A stretch of 64,000 bases of DNA from Minisyncoccota bacterium (GCA_041688155.1 JBDNIW010000005.1:1-64000); one strand, 5' to 3'; positions 16,882-27,186 are shown, counted from the first letter of the stretch. A program made the numbers and translations. The notes: a model not told the origin generated them from the letters alone.

Positions 16882-17184
16882 TCAGACTAAGGGCCTCTCC
16901 AACACTTCACTAACCCGCCCCGCCAGCTCCACGTCCTTATCTGTTATCGTATTCCCAGCGTCATGTGTAGTCGTCTCAATTCGCAGCGTATTGTAGCCAT
17001 AGGTCACCGTCGGATGATGATTCAACTCATCAGCTAGATCGCAGACTGCCGGTACAACTGCTTGCAACTCGGTAAAATCATTGAATTTCCAGTTCCCTAC
17101 TAATGTTTCACCTGAAACGGTCCAGGCTGGGTTGTTTGCCAGTAAATATGTAATAGAATCTTTTATAGCTGGTTTCATGTGCAA
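16882..17184 (-). CDS. Pterin-4a-carbinolamine dehydratase (PCD/DCoH)
   Basis: ELNHHPTVTYGYNTLRIETTTHD matches the PCD signature; about 100 aa. Confidence 0.8.
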   Translation of the reverse strand: MHMKPAIKDSITYLLANNPAWTVSGETLVGNWKFNDFTELQAVVPAVCDLADELNHHPTVTYGYNTLRIETTTHDAGNTITDKDVELAGRVSEVLERPLV

Positions 17185-17292
17185 CAGTGTATCATATCTG
17201 GCAAATCTGCCGGGTAAAACACCATTCGTTCCATATGAAACGTTTCACGTGGTACACATATCTCTTGTTCCACATGGCACCGATCTGCTCAA

Positions 17293-17715
17293 TCACAGGA
17301 TAACGTTAGGGATATACTTCACAGAAGCGTACTTATCTGCAACCACAATCCTCACGGCGGCAATATCTATCTGCCACTCCAGATAACATTGATTTTCTAA
17401 TAGCCAAGATTCAATCGTGCGGTTCATCCGCTGGATCTTTTTAAAATGCACGTTGTCCTCTGGTTGCCAAGTTTCATGTGTAACAGCTCGCTCTAGCGCC
17501 GCTTTAGTTTCATATGAAACGGTTTTAACCTCGACAAACCGGATTATAGCGGTATCACCTGTCGTTTCCCGTGCAACGATGTCAATCTCACCCCACTTCT
17601 TGAGGTAATTAATCTCTAACACAATAAAACCTTTGCTTTTCAGGTAATTGACGGCGAGTTGCTCGCCGTACGCGCCGATTTCGTTTTTTCTCCCTTTTTT
17701 ATTTGCTTGTTTCAT
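17293..17715 (-). CDS. YraN/UPF0102-family endonuclease-like protein
   Basis: GEQLAVNYLKSKGFIVLEINYL...GEIDIVA matches the YraN consensus. The likely start is MKQANKK, and the ATG lies inside a palindromic repeat. Confidence 0.65.
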   Translation of the reverse strand: MKQANKKGRKNEIGAYGEQLAVNYLKSKGFIVLEINYLKKWGEIDIVARETTGDTAIIRFVEVKTVSYETKAALERAVTHETWQPEDNVHFKKIQRMNRTIESWLLENQCYLEWQIDIAAVRIVVADKYASVKYIPNVIL

Positions 17716-17960
17716 ATGAAACGTTTCACGTGGCATGTTTATCTCATTTCACGTGGAATACCCTGGTAGTATAACAAATAAAAATAAAGGACAGATTACT
17801 AATCTGTCCTTTATCCACATATCCACAGTCTTATACACAGTTGTACACCGTTACTTATAAAAGACTCACTCATTGGTCCGTACCTGCCTTGGATGGTGAC
17901 GCGGCCGATGTACTCGCTTCGCTCCGTGCATCATGCTTCCGGTGGTTTCGATTACCCCGA

Positions 17961-18030
17961 AAGACACATTTGTGTCTTTCTCCAGGCCTTCAAATACAAA
18001 ACACACCCAGACGGGTGTGTTTTGTATTTG
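17961..18030. terminator. Two consecutive hairpin terminators downstream of tRNA-Gly(GCC)
   Basis: gaaagacacatttgtgtctttc, and the perfect 18-bp stem CAAATACAAAACACACCC-agac-GGGTGTGTTTTGTATTTG. Confidence 0.6.
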
Positions 18031-18101
18031 TGCGGCCTGGGGTAATCGAAACCCCGACTGATCCTTGGCAAGGACCCGTTATACCACTTAACCAAGGCCG
18101 C
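18031..18101 (-). tRNA. tRNA-Gly (anticodon GCC)
   Basis: Reverse complement GCGGCCT-TG-GTTA-AGTGGTA-TAAC-G-GGTCC-TTGCCAA-GGATC-AGTC-GGGGT-TTCGATT-ACCCC-AGGCCGC-A. Confidence 0.9.
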
Positions 18102-18116
18102 ATGGTGTAATTGTAC

Positions 18117-18782
18117 TTATTTTACTAGGTCTGTTTGCATCAGATTGATCCAGGTGGTCAACTTACGCTTCAGGCCAGTGCTGCCGATTATAGTATTTCC
18201 CACCCCAAAGTGCAATGGCTTGGTTTGGGTACTAGCAATAACCTGAGTGCGGTGAAATTGCGCGTAGGGGAGCCGGAGCGCCTTGGACCAGCGTTTCATA
18301 CAGATCGACTCCGTGTGGGCAGGGTAGAGCACCAGCTGGGCCCGTACTTGGGTACGTTCCACCCCGAGGTATTCACTCAAAAACCGCAGAAATATCGCGT
18401 GACTATTTATTGACGTACCTGACAGACGGATTGTCCGCTTGTCAGCCATGTCACCGTGCCCGACGTACAGCATCAACCCCGCCACAAACAGGGGATCGGT
18501 CTTGTAGTGCTTGAATTCAGTGGCCGCTGAGCGTTCTAAGGCTTGGTAATTGGCGCTACGCTGCGTGCCAAGGGTCTTGTTGACCAGTCGCAGCCGTTTG
18601 GCGTTTTCCTGACCAGCCCGGCGTTTGTTCTGTACGGTGACAGAAGCCGACACAGCGTTACCAGCCAACCATTTGGAGATGGTGGATTTGCTCACGGCAC
18701 AGACCTTGGCTATTTCTGCCAAGGTAAAGCCGCGCCCGCGTAACCGTATGGCCTGGTCATAGTTTTCTTGATTTCGAACCAT
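18117..18782 (-). CDS. HTH-domain protein of unknown function
   Basis: N-terminal HTH (FTLAEIAKVCAVSKSTISKWL), resolvase/sigma-r4-like. The C-terminal 150 aa is unassignable. Confidence 0.4.
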   Translation of the reverse strand: MVRNQENYDQAIRLRGRGFTLAEIAKVCAVSKSTISKWLAGNAVSASVTVQNKRRAGQENAKRLRLVNKTLGTQRSANYQALERSAATEFKHYKTDPLFVAGLMLYVGHGDMADKRTIRLSGTSINSHAIFLRFLSEYLGVERTQVRAQLVLYPAHTESICMKRWSKALRLPYAQFHRTQVIASTQTKPLHFGVGNTIIGSTGLKRKLTTWINLMQTDLVK

Positions 18783-18801
18783 ATGGTTCGTTTATTATAC
18801 A

Positions 18802-19254
18802 CTAGTTGTATATGTTTCGTTTGGGTATAAAAAGGCCGCCTGGGGAGGGCGGCCATGGTTTAGTCCTGTTATCCACTGATTGCAGCGACCCACCCATTGG
18901 ACAAGATTGCAATAATCTCTGGGGCGGCCACATTCCTTGGTTTTCAGTTTTCCTCACCTGTTCTTCACGATACTCCGATGCGATATCGGGTGACACATAG
19001 CCAGCGCCAATTCCCAGCGCCTGGACTGGGCTTTTCTCGCCGCAAAGTTCAGCAACCTCGTGAACATAATCTTCTGGTCGTGGATCTAATGTGCAATCCA
19101 CAAGTGTCATCTCAAACCCATCCAGCTGCGCGTCAGCAGCTAGTTCAAAGATGCGGTCTGCATGTGAATACAGGTTGGTATCATGGGCGCCTTGTACGTG
19201 TCCACAGCGCATACATACGTAAGACATAGAAATACTCCCTACATATACACGCAT
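18802..19254 (-). CDS. Hypothetical protein
   Basis: ORF with CxxC (CMRCGH); no confident family. The start may be an internal Met. Confidence 0.3.
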   Translation of the reverse strand: MRVYVGSISMSYVCMRCGHVQGAHDTNLYSHADRIFELAADAQLDGFEMTLVDCTLDPRPEDYVHEVAELCGEKSPVQALGIGAGYVSPDIASEYREEQVRKTENQGMWPPQRLLQSCPMGGSLQSVDNRTKPWPPSPGGLFIPKRNIYN

Positions 19255-19346
19255 TTCCGATGCGCTCGGTTAACTTCTACCTGTAAGATATGTGAAATAG
19301 CCAATGTTTGCAAGTGCTATAAGGATGATGGGTCACAAAATAGACT

Positions 19347-19667
19347 CTACGGGCCCTCCTCAAACTCTTCGCCAACCACGACAGACCACCCTCGGTCGCC
19401 GACGGTGGCGGTGTGTAACGCTCCAATTGGTACATCTAGTCTGTCGCCAACCTTGAGTACCTTGATAGTACCCTCAAAATCAAAGGTCACAGAGCCATCG
19501 GTAATGTACAGTGACACCTTGCCTTTGTGCGCGTGCTCGGGGTATTCGGTCCGAGCTGGGTCGGTCCACTCGAAGACTGATTCAAAGCCCTCTTTTTCTA
19601 AAGTCTGCATGCAGCGTTCTGATAGTTCCATATAAGCAGTATAGTCGAGATTTACTATGTTTTCCAC
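19347..19667 (-). CDS. Cupin-domain protein
   Basis: Cupin motifs (PEHAHKGKVSLYITDGSV...ALHTATVGD). Confidence 0.55.
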   Translation of the reverse strand: MENIVNLDYTAYMELSERCMQTLEKEGFESVFEWTDPARTEYPEHAHKGKVSLYITDGSVTFDFEGTIKVLKVGDRLDVPIGALHTATVGDRGWSVVVGEEFEEGP

Positions 19668-19836
19668 ATTTCCACAAGTGTAATACTAATTAGTAGAAAT
19701 GTTATAATTACAAAGTAAAAGTCTGCACCACTAAGTAACAGACTTTTACACTTAATCACTACAAGTGAATACATTGATTTTATACCTGTGCTGCAGCCAG
19801 GTCAAGATTTTGTATTCACACTAACTTCATAAAATT

Positions 19837-20139
19837 ATGGTGAACCAGACCTTTCTTGATGCTGTTCAAGACACAAAATTAGTAGAACTTACCTTTGACT
19901 CAAAAGAAAAAGGTGTAATCACGTGCACTTGCGCCCCAATGGACTATGGCCACATGCGAAATAGCAATTCTCCTGAGCTAAAGTATCACTTCTATAACTT
20001 AAAAAGCAACCACCCAATGCCAATCTCTGCTCAGCAGATTATTAAAATGAGGGTGTTAGAAGAAAAATTCGAGCCTAAGAATATCATAAGCTGGCAGCCC
20101 GATTGGCATATAGTACGAGACTGGGGAATATACTCCTAA
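19837..20139 (+). CDS. Hypothetical protein (AT-rich)
   Basis: ORF only. Confidence 0.3.
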   Translation: MVNQTFLDAVQDTKLVELTFDSKEKGVITCTCAPMDYGHMRNSNSPELKYHFYNLKSNHPMPISAQQIIKMRVLEEKFEPKNIISWQPDWHIVRDWGIYS

Positions 20140-20182
20140 AACAAACAAAAACCACTGCAATTGCAGTGGTTTTTGTTTGTTG

Positions 20183-20254
20183 TGCACCCAGAGGGACTCG
20201 AACCCCCAACGACTGATCCGAAGTCAGTTATGATATCCATTTCACTATGGGTGC
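20183..20254 (-). tRNA. tRNA-Arg (anticodon TCG)
   Basis: Reverse complement GCACCCA-TA-GTGA-AATGGATA-TCAT-A-ACTGA-CTTCGGA-TCAGT-CGTT-GGGGG-TTCGAGT-CCCTC-TGGGTGC-A. A terminator hairpin sits at 20143-20178. Confidence 0.85.
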
Positions 20255-20353
20255 GATTGCGAATGTGTGCCGAAACAACACCTTTTCACGTGCGCACTAT
20301 AATACGTCGAAAAGCGAGAAATAGCAACGGTTTTTTGCTACAATACTGACACT

Positions 20354-21826
20354 ATGCAGATTACAAAGGATTCTATTCCGTCGGAAGTACTATCAGTCGC
20401 TGAAACCCTGGAACAGGCTGGGTTTGCTGGGTATCTGGTCGGTGGCTGTACGCGCGACTTGCTACTAGGGAAGACGCCTAAAGACTGGGACCTAACCACG
20501 GACGCCCACCCCGAGCAGATCCAAGCGCTGTTTCCCGAGCACTACGCTAACAATGACTACGGCACCATCGGGGTCAAAACCGACAGTGAGGACCCAACCC
20601 TCAAAATAATCGAAGTCACTCCGTACCGGACCGAGAGTGGCTATAGCGATGCGCGGCGGCCTGACGCGGTTGCATTTGGCGTGTCACTAGAAGAGGACCT
20701 GCAGCGGCGCGATTTTACCTTTAACGCGCTGGCGTACCGGCCGAGCACTGGGGAAGTGGTTGATCTATTTGAGGGGCAGGCTGACTTGGCCGACAGGCGC
20801 CTGCGGACCGTCGGTGACCCGGACGAGCGCTTTGCCGAGGATGCATTACGGATGATGCGAGCGGTGCGACTGGCGGCTGAGCTCGAGTGCGTCATTGACC
20901 CAGCTACAATGGCAGCCATCAGCCAACATAGCCAGGAAATTACGCGTATTTCCATCGAACGGGTGACGATGGAGTTCCTCAAACTCATCAATTCAACTAC
21001 GCCAATGCAGGGGATTGTGTTCCTCGAGAAACTAGGGCTATTGCAGCACTTCCTGCCCGAGCTGCTAGATACCATCGGCTGCGAGCAAGGAGGAATCCAC
21101 GCGTATGATGTCTATGAACACTTACTACGTACGCTGCAGGGCGCAGCGGACAAAGAATTCACGCAAACACTGCGCCTAGCGGCGTTATTCCACGACATTG
21201 CCAAGCCAACAACCAGACGAGAGGGCGGTAAGAACAAGAAATACACGTTTTTTGGGCACGAGGTAGTCGGGGCACGAATGACTAAAAAGATCCTTGAACG
21301 GCTCAAATTACCGCGCGAAACCATTGACGAGGTAGTCAACCTGGTACGTTGGCACATGTTTTTCTCTGATCCAGCTGAAATTACGTTGTCAGCGGTACGA
21401 CGTACAATCACTAAGGTAGGGGACGACAACATACAAGACCTGTTAAACCTCCGCGTCTGTGACCGAATCGGGACTGGGCGGCCCAAAGAGCAACCATTTC
21501 GGTTTCGCCAGTACAAAGCGATGGTGGATGAAGCCTTACGAGACCCAATATCGGTTAAACTACTCAAAGTAAACGGGGACCGGCTGATGGAACTGACCGG
21601 GGAGCGTCCGGGGCGTAAATTAGGCTATGTTTTACACGCTTTGTTGGAAGAAGCCCTCGATGAACCGGGTCTGAACACCGTTGATTATATGGAAAAAAGA
21701 GGGGTAGATCTGTACGCCTTACCCGAAGCCGAGCTACAAACCCTGGCCGAAGCTGGCAAAGCCAAACAAGCCGCGGAAGAAGCTACTGCTCTCAAGGACA
21801 TCCGCCGCGAGCACAAGGTGGGATAA
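20354..21826 (+). CDS. cca: CCA-adding tRNA nucleotidyltransferase with HD domain
   Basis: Pol-beta nucleotidyltransferase motif GYLVGGCTRDLLLG...DWDL and HD motif LAALFHDIAKP. Confidence 0.8.
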   Translation: MQITKDSIPSEVLSVAETLEQAGFAGYLVGGCTRDLLLGKTPKDWDLTTDAHPEQIQALFPEHYANNDYGTIGVKTDSEDPTLKIIEVTPYRTESGYSDARRPDAVAFGVSLEEDLQRRDFTFNALAYRPSTGEVVDLFEGQADLADRRLRTVGDPDERFAEDALRMMRAVRLAAELECVIDPATMAAISQHSQEITRISIERVTMEFLKLINSTTPMQGIVFLEKLGLLQHFLPELLDTIGCEQGGIHAYDVYEHLLRTLQGAADKEFTQTLRLAALFHDIAKPTTRREGGKNKKYTFFGHEVVGARMTKKILERLKLPRETIDEVVNLVRWHMFFSDPAEITLSAVRRTITKVGDDNIQDLLNLRVCDRIGTGRPKEQPFRFRQYKAMVDEALRDPISVKLLKVNGDRLMELTGERPGRKLGYVLHALLEEALDEPGLNTVDYMEKRGVDLYALPEAELQTLAEAGKAKQAAEEATALKDIRREHKVG

Positions 21827-22516
21827 AGGACAAACAAAAAACCGCTCAGATCAGATTGATCGGGCGGTTTTTGAAACTTTACTACTATTCCCCATCACGG
21901 GAATATTTGATCACTTGATCAAGAACTTATGTACTGAGTCCATCAATCGAACAATAGGTTCCTTCGATTGAGACTGGTTGGTCGCTTTGCTGCTGGGCGC
22001 TCGTTTATGAAAGGCCTGGAGAAGTCAGTTGACGAGAGCTGGGAGGTTCTCACTAACTGGCTTCCCCAGGCCTTTGTGGAGAGCTTATGTTGAACTATGA
22101 AGTTCAGGCTGGCGCATATATTTGTGCTAACCAAATTGGTGCTCTATGTTGTATTTGGATACCGTTTCTATGTGGGTGGTCGAAACCGTATCCATCTTCG
22201 CTGCTTTAGTTGTGGTCCAAACGATTGTTGCCGTTTGGGTTGAGTTAGTATCTTGCGATACTATTGGAGGTAATACTCAATTGGATTTTGAATGAACTCT
22301 TGAAGGGTTAGCGGGAGGGACTTGGTTGGAACGATTGTTCTACTCAAGTCTCTCCCGGTAACTGCTTGCCCTTTCTGGGCCTACCAACAATATACTCCTA
22401 CTCAAGGACATGGTAAAGGACAAAGCAGGGGATAAGTGGGGATAACTGTCCTTTAGGACTTTTGTTTGACTTGATTGTGTTTCGTGTTGTTATGTATAAC
22501 AACTAGCAGACAATTT

Positions 22517-23329
22517 TTATAGCTCTAATGCCAAGTCAACCGAGACGGGGCAGTGGTCACTTCCTAGAACGTCAGGGTGAATTCGCGCTTGTTTTACTAG
22601 CTCTTTGAGCGTTTCGTGGACCATCACGTAGTCAATGCGCCAACCAACGTTGCGTTCACGCGCGCCCCCGAAGTGACTCCACCAGGTGTACTGTTCTAGC
22701 GCAGTAGGATGGAGTAAACGCAACGAGTCTACAAAGCCACACTTCAGCATCGCGTCAATACCAATTCGCTCTTGCGTGGTGAAGCCTTTTTTGCCCACGT
22801 TTGGCTTGGGTCGCGCCAGGTCGATCTCGCTGTGAGCGACGTTAAAATCACCACAAAAAATCACCGGCTTGACGACCTGCAGCTGGTTCATGTACTGCAG
22901 ATACGCCGGGTCCCATTGCTGTCGCATCGGAATTCTAGACAGGTCGTCTTTGGAGTTGGGGGTGTATACGGTGCTGACATAAAACGCTTCGTATTCTGCC
23001 ACCATCACCCGACCTTCGTTGGCAGTGTCACCATACTCGTCGGTCAGGTTATACGCTTCAATTATATGAGCCGGAAATCCGTTTACAATGTCGAGTGGTT
23101 CTTCTTTTGAGAATATTGCCGTGCTGCTGTAGCCTTTTTTCTCAGCCGAGTACCAATACTGGTGGTAGTCGGGGTACAACGCTTCAAATTCGGCAGCCAC
23201 TTGCTCGGGCTGAGCCTTGGTTTCTTGTAAACACAGGATATCCGGCTGGTGAGTAGCTAAAAACGGCGCCAACAACCCCTTTTTCTCCACCGCCCTGATG
23301 CCATTAACGTTCCAAGAGTAGATTTTCAT
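22517..23329 (-). CDS. xth: Exodeoxyribonuclease III (ExoIII/APE1 family)
   Basis: MKIYSWNVNGIRA...LCLQETK...PNVGKKGFT...WRIDYVMV...GSDHCPV. Confidence 0.85.
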   Translation of the reverse strand: MKIYSWNVNGIRAVEKKGLLAPFLATHQPDILCLQETKAQPEQVAAEFEALYPDYHQYWYSAEKKGYSSTAIFSKEEPLDIVNGFPAHIIEAYNLTDEYGDTANEGRVMVAEYEAFYVSTVYTPNSKDDLSRIPMRQQWDPAYLQYMNQLQVVKPVIFCGDFNVAHSEIDLARPKPNVGKKGFTTQERIGIDAMLKCGFVDSLRLLHPTALEQYTWWSHFGGARERNVGWRIDYVMVHETLKELVKQARIHPDVLGSDHCPVSVDLALEL

Positions 23330-23664
23330 AGCCTGAGTATAGCAAAATCTGCGTAATTGCTATATATTTCGGTTGCCGGCAGTACTACGGATTGACGGAC
23401 GGGTGACTTATTTTGACCAGCCGAATGAACCCGCAATGCAAGACAACGGTTCGCGGACGACCGAACAGTCACCCGACCCAGTCTTGAGCGAGCGTCCACT
23501 CGTCGACGCCTGAGGTAGGCGACAACCAGTACTTATATATGAACACCAAAGCAGCGCCCCAAAGCGGCCGCTTTTTCTTTGGTTTGATTTTAGTTTAGGG
23601 AGATTATGCGGTCGGGCGATTATAATATTGAGAAAGTGGGTAAAAATGCTACTCTTAACCCATC

Positions 23665-26391
23665 ATGATCAGTCAAAACGAGATTCGTCGTAGAGCTGCT
23701 GCCTTTAGTCACGAGTTTGCCGGTGATGATGATGAGAAAGGCGAAGCCTCAGCATTTTGGGAACAATTCTTCGATGTGTTTGGGGTGTCACGACGCCGAG
23801 TGGCTTCGTTTGAATACCGAGTCAAGAAAGCCGACGGTGCCCAAGGGTTCATCGATGTGTTCTGGCCGGGTGTGCTACTAGCCGAGCATAAAAGCGAAGG
23901 TCGTAATCTCGACAAAGCCTACCAGCAAGCGCTGGGTTATCTTGACGGTTTACAAGCGGGGGAGTTGCCTCGCTATATCGTAGTGTCTGATTTTGCGCGG
24001 ATGCGATTGTATGACCTCGAAGAAAAAGATGAGTTTGAATTTACCCTCAGTGAATTCTCCAAACACATCGACCGGTTTGGGTTCATTTCTGGCTACGACG
24101 TACAGAAATACGAACAAGAGGAACAAGCTAGTATCAAAGCAGCGGAATTGATGGCTGAATTCCACAATGCAATCGCAACTACTGGCTACTCTGGCCACGC
24201 ATTAGAAGTATTCTTGACTCGCGTATTATTCTGCCTCTTTTCTGAGGATACGGGTATATTTGAGCGGCGACAGTTTCAACTATATATAGAACAGCGAACC
24301 AATGAGGACGGTAGCGACCTAGGGATCAAGATTTTGGAGCTGTTCTATGTCCTCAACACGCCAATAGCGGGGCGGCAATCTAACCTCGATGAACAACTCG
24401 CCGCTTTTCCATACATTAACGGCCAAGTATTCACCGAGCGACTCAATCCTATCTCGCTTGATGCCGCTGCCCGCAACACGCTTCTCAAATGCTGTGCGTT
24501 CGATTGGTCACAGATCAGCGCGGCGATATTTGGGTCACTCTTTCAAGGTGTCATGGACAAAGACGAGCGGCGACAGCTGGGCGCCCACTACACCAGCGAG
24601 TTGAACATCATGAAAGTCATCCAGCCGTTGTTCCTCGACGAGCTGTACACCGAGTTCGACACCGCCAAACGCAGCAAGAAACAGCTGGAAACCTTTCATC
24701 TCAAACTGGCCACTCTCAAATTCCTCGATCCAGCCTGTGGCTGTGGTAATTTCCTCGTGACCACGTACCGCGAACTACGTAAACTAGAGCTAGAAGTCCT
24801 CAAGAAAAAGCGTAAGTCTGGCGCGCAGAGTCTGCAGGCGTTCGGGACCGAGGATTTATCATTCATTCACGTTAACCAGTTCTATGGCATCGAAATCGAA
24901 GAATTCCCAGCGCTCGTCGCCCGCACCGCCATGTACCTCGCCGACCACCAAGCGACCCTAGCGATGGAACGTGAATTTGGGCAAGCTATACCGCGAATCC
25001 CGCTAGAAGAACCAGCCACCATCGTGCACGCCAATGCTCTGACTCTCGACTGGGGCGAGGTCATACCGCCCACCGATCTCAACTACATTTTAGGTAACCC
25101 ACCGTTTTTGGGTGCGCGAATTATGAGCAGAGAGCAAAAAGCAGATTTACTAGCCGTGTTTCCACCGAAACTAAAAAACATCGGTAACTTGGACTTTGTC
25201 GCTGCCTGGTATGAGAAAGCTGCTCAATATATAGTAGGAACACAAATCAAAGTCGGTCTAGTATCGACCAACTCGATCACTCAAGGTGAACAAGTCAGTA
25301 TTCTCTGGCAACATCTGCACGAGCAGTACGGCATCGTGCGGCACTTCGCCCATCGAACGTTCAAATGGCACAACGAAGCCAGAGGCAAAGCTGCGGTATA
25401 CTGCGTCATCATCGGGTTTGCGAACTTTGAACCAGTCAAGAAGTATCTGTATTCATACGAAACAGTGCAGAGTGAGCCAGTAGAAATCGAAGTAGGCAAC
25501 ATCAACGCGTATTTGGTAGACGGGCCAGAATTGTTGATAGAAAATCGAACAACAGCTTTATGCGGTGTTCCAAAAGTAAGTTACGGCAGTTTTGCTCTAG
25601 ATGACGGTAATTACACACTTAAGGCTGAAGAGGCTGACGATTTGATTGCAGATAATCCGAAAGTACAAAAATATATCCGACCTTTTATTGGCGGGCGCGA
25701 ACTCATACATAACGAAGCAAGGTTTTGTCTCTGGTTAGCAGAAATTAGCCCGACTGATTTGAAAACTATGCCAAGTGTATTGCGTCGAGTTGAAAACGTA
25801 CGTCAGTGGCGATTGTCCAGCTCACGAGCAAACACAATTGAGATGGCAAAAACGCCAACCCTTTTTGCTGAAGTTAGACAACCTACAACCAAATACATCG
25901 CGTTTCCAACATTATCTTCTGAAAATCGAACTTACATTCCAATTGCGTATCTTGAACCAGAGGTGATAGCCTCAAACCAAGTCTATGTTATCGCTGGTGC
26001 AGACTTATTTCACTTTGGTTTACTGACGTCTGCAATGCATATGACTTGGGTTACATATGTTGGTGGAAAATTAGAATCTCGTTACCGATACTCAAGCAAA
26101 CTTGTCTACAACAACTTTCCGTGGCCAGGCTGCGCTACAGGTGAGTCAGTCAGCGACACCACCAAAACTAAAATCGAAACCTGTGCCCAAGCCGTCCTCG
26201 ACGCTCGCGCAGGGTTCCCCGACAGTTCACTAGCCGACCTTTACGACCCACGCACCATGCCCCCCGCCCTAGCAAAAGCCCATGCCAACCTAGACAAAGC
26301 TGTCGACCAAGCCTACAACTACAAAGATACGGGCAGCGAACCCGACCGAGCAGCGTTTTTGTTTGGGTTGTATGGGGAGATAACTAAATAA
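23665..26391 (+). CDS. Type IIG restriction-modification enzyme (MmeI-like: N-terminal PD-(D/E)xK nuclease, gamma-class N6-adenine methyltransferase and target-recognition region)
   Basis: N-terminal D-x8-EHK (FIDVFWPGVLLAEHK). Methyltransferase motif I LDPACGCGNFLV and motif IV ILGNPPFLG. At 908 aa the size matches MmeI. Confidence 0.7.
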   Translation: MISQNEIRRRAAAFSHEFAGDDDEKGEASAFWEQFFDVFGVSRRRVASFEYRVKKADGAQGFIDVFWPGVLLAEHKSEGRNLDKAYQQALGYLDGLQAGELPRYIVVSDFARMRLYDLEEKDEFEFTLSEFSKHIDRFGFISGYDVQKYEQEEQASIKAAELMAEFHNAIATTGYSGHALEVFLTRVLFCLFSEDTGIFERRQFQLYIEQRTNEDGSDLGIKILELFYVLNTPIAGRQSNLDEQLAAFPYINGQVFTERLNPISLDAAARNTLLKCCAFDWSQISAAIFGSLFQGVMDKDERRQLGAHYTSELNIMKVIQPLFLDELYTEFDTAKRSKKQLETFHLKLATLKFLDPACGCGNFLVTTYRELRKLELEVLKKKRKSGAQSLQAFGTEDLSFIHVNQFYGIEIEEFPALVARTAMYLADHQATLAMEREFGQAIPRIPLEEPATIVHANALTLDWGEVIPPTDLNYILGNPPFLGARIMSREQKADLLAVFPPKLKNIGNLDFVAAWYEKAAQYIVGTQIKVGLVSTNSITQGEQVSILWQHLHEQYGIVRHFAHRTFKWHNEARGKAAVYCVIIGFANFEPVKKYLYSYETVQSEPVEIEVGNINAYLVDGPELLIENRTTALCGVPKVSYGSFALDDGNYTLKAEEADDLIADNPKVQKYIRPFIGGRELIHNEARFCLWLAEISPTDLKTMPSVLRRVENVRQWRLSSSRANTIEMAKTPTLFAEVRQPTTKYIAFPTLSSENRTYIPIAYLEPEVIASNQVYVIAGADLFHFGLLTSAMHMTWVTYVGGKLESRYRYSSKLVYNNFPWPGCATGESVSDTTKTKIETCAQAVLDARAGFPDSSLADLYDPRTMPPALAKAHANLDKAVDQAYNYKDTGSEPDRAAFLFGLYGEITK

Positions 26392-26468
26392 TTATTTCAT
26401 CACGGGAGAATACCAATACTAAGCTGCTGGAAACAACGTTTCCGCTTTATTCTAAATACCTACTTGAG

Positions 26469-27032
26469 ATGTGCCAAGCTGATAGCGGAAAAATATTTCC
26501 AGTGGATCTATTTTTTATAGCCAATATTCAACGCTCGCAGTTTGTAATACAGGGATTTCTGATGCTTATAAAAGAAAAGAATTTCTTTGCTGCTGCACCC
26601 CTCATACGGCTGCATCTTGATAACCTCGTACATATTTATGCGGTGTTCATTCATCCAAACCCACATGAGCTAACCACTAATTTAAATCGTGGTAAAAAAA
26701 GACTTGAAGACTACAGAGATAAAAATGGTAAACGTCTGACTAACAGCAATGTACTAAAAAAATTTTTTACTGATACCGAAAATAAAGAGTTTTTACCGTT
26801 ACGAGATATTTACGATGAAACCTCAAAGTTTATACATTTCAGTGAAAAACACATGCAGTCTATGTTTACTACTGAAACGAAAGATAGTACCAAGACCAAG
26901 ATAAGTATTTTAGCTAAGGAATTTCCCATATCTCAAACAGAAGAAGATCTGGCAATTCAGGCTATGGTAATGATTACCAGAGCTCAAATTAAATACCTAA
27001 TCGGGTGGACTGCAACGAAGAACGGCAAATAA
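26469..27032 (+). CDS. Hypothetical protein in an AT-rich island adjacent to the restriction-modification gene
   Basis: ORF only, no recognisable motif. GC is far below the local average. Confidence 0.3.
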   Translation: MCQADSGKIFPVDLFFIANIQRSQFVIQGFLMLIKEKNFFAAAPLIRLHLDNLVHIYAVFIHPNPHELTTNLNRGKKRLEDYRDKNGKRLTNSNVLKKFFTDTENKEFLPLRDIYDETSKFIHFSEKHMQSMFTTETKDSTKTKISILAKEFPISQTEEDLAIQAMVMITRAQIKYLIGWTATKNGK

Positions 27033-27186
27033 ACTATTTGTACGGAGCTAAATATCCAGGTTGGCCATTTTGTGTCAAAATTGGTGGTAACCCTTGAATC
27101 TGCCTGCAACTGAGTGTACACTTATAAATGACATGACCAGCGCCCTCTGCCACCCGGCAAGCGCTGGTTGTTCGTTATGATAGAGT

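Noticed and set aside
16362-16913. Track ORFs MQQYYVRL..., MYLSGSG..., MKLFTF... and MLFSAEEN... over the tRNA-like array.
   Set aside because: They overlap each other on both strands, run through terminator hairpins and the conserved RNA-like 3' motifs, and have no RBS or homology. The region reads better as structured noncoding DNA.
17841-18110. 89-aa plus-strand ORF.
   Set aside because: It overlaps tRNA-Gly(GCC) and two terminator hairpins on the opposite strand.
18117-18782. LAGLIDADG homing endonuclease next to tRNA-Gly, from FVAGLMLYVGHGD.
   Set aside because: The motif match is poor and there is no second LAGLIDADG or intron context. I kept it as an HTH protein of unknown function.
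21830-22516. RNase P RNA or SRP RNA in the cca-xth gap.
   Set aside because: I could not find the P4 (GGAAAGTCCGG / ACAGAA...GGCTTA) or SRP domain IV (GGAAGCAGCC) consensus. I left it as an unassigned structured region.
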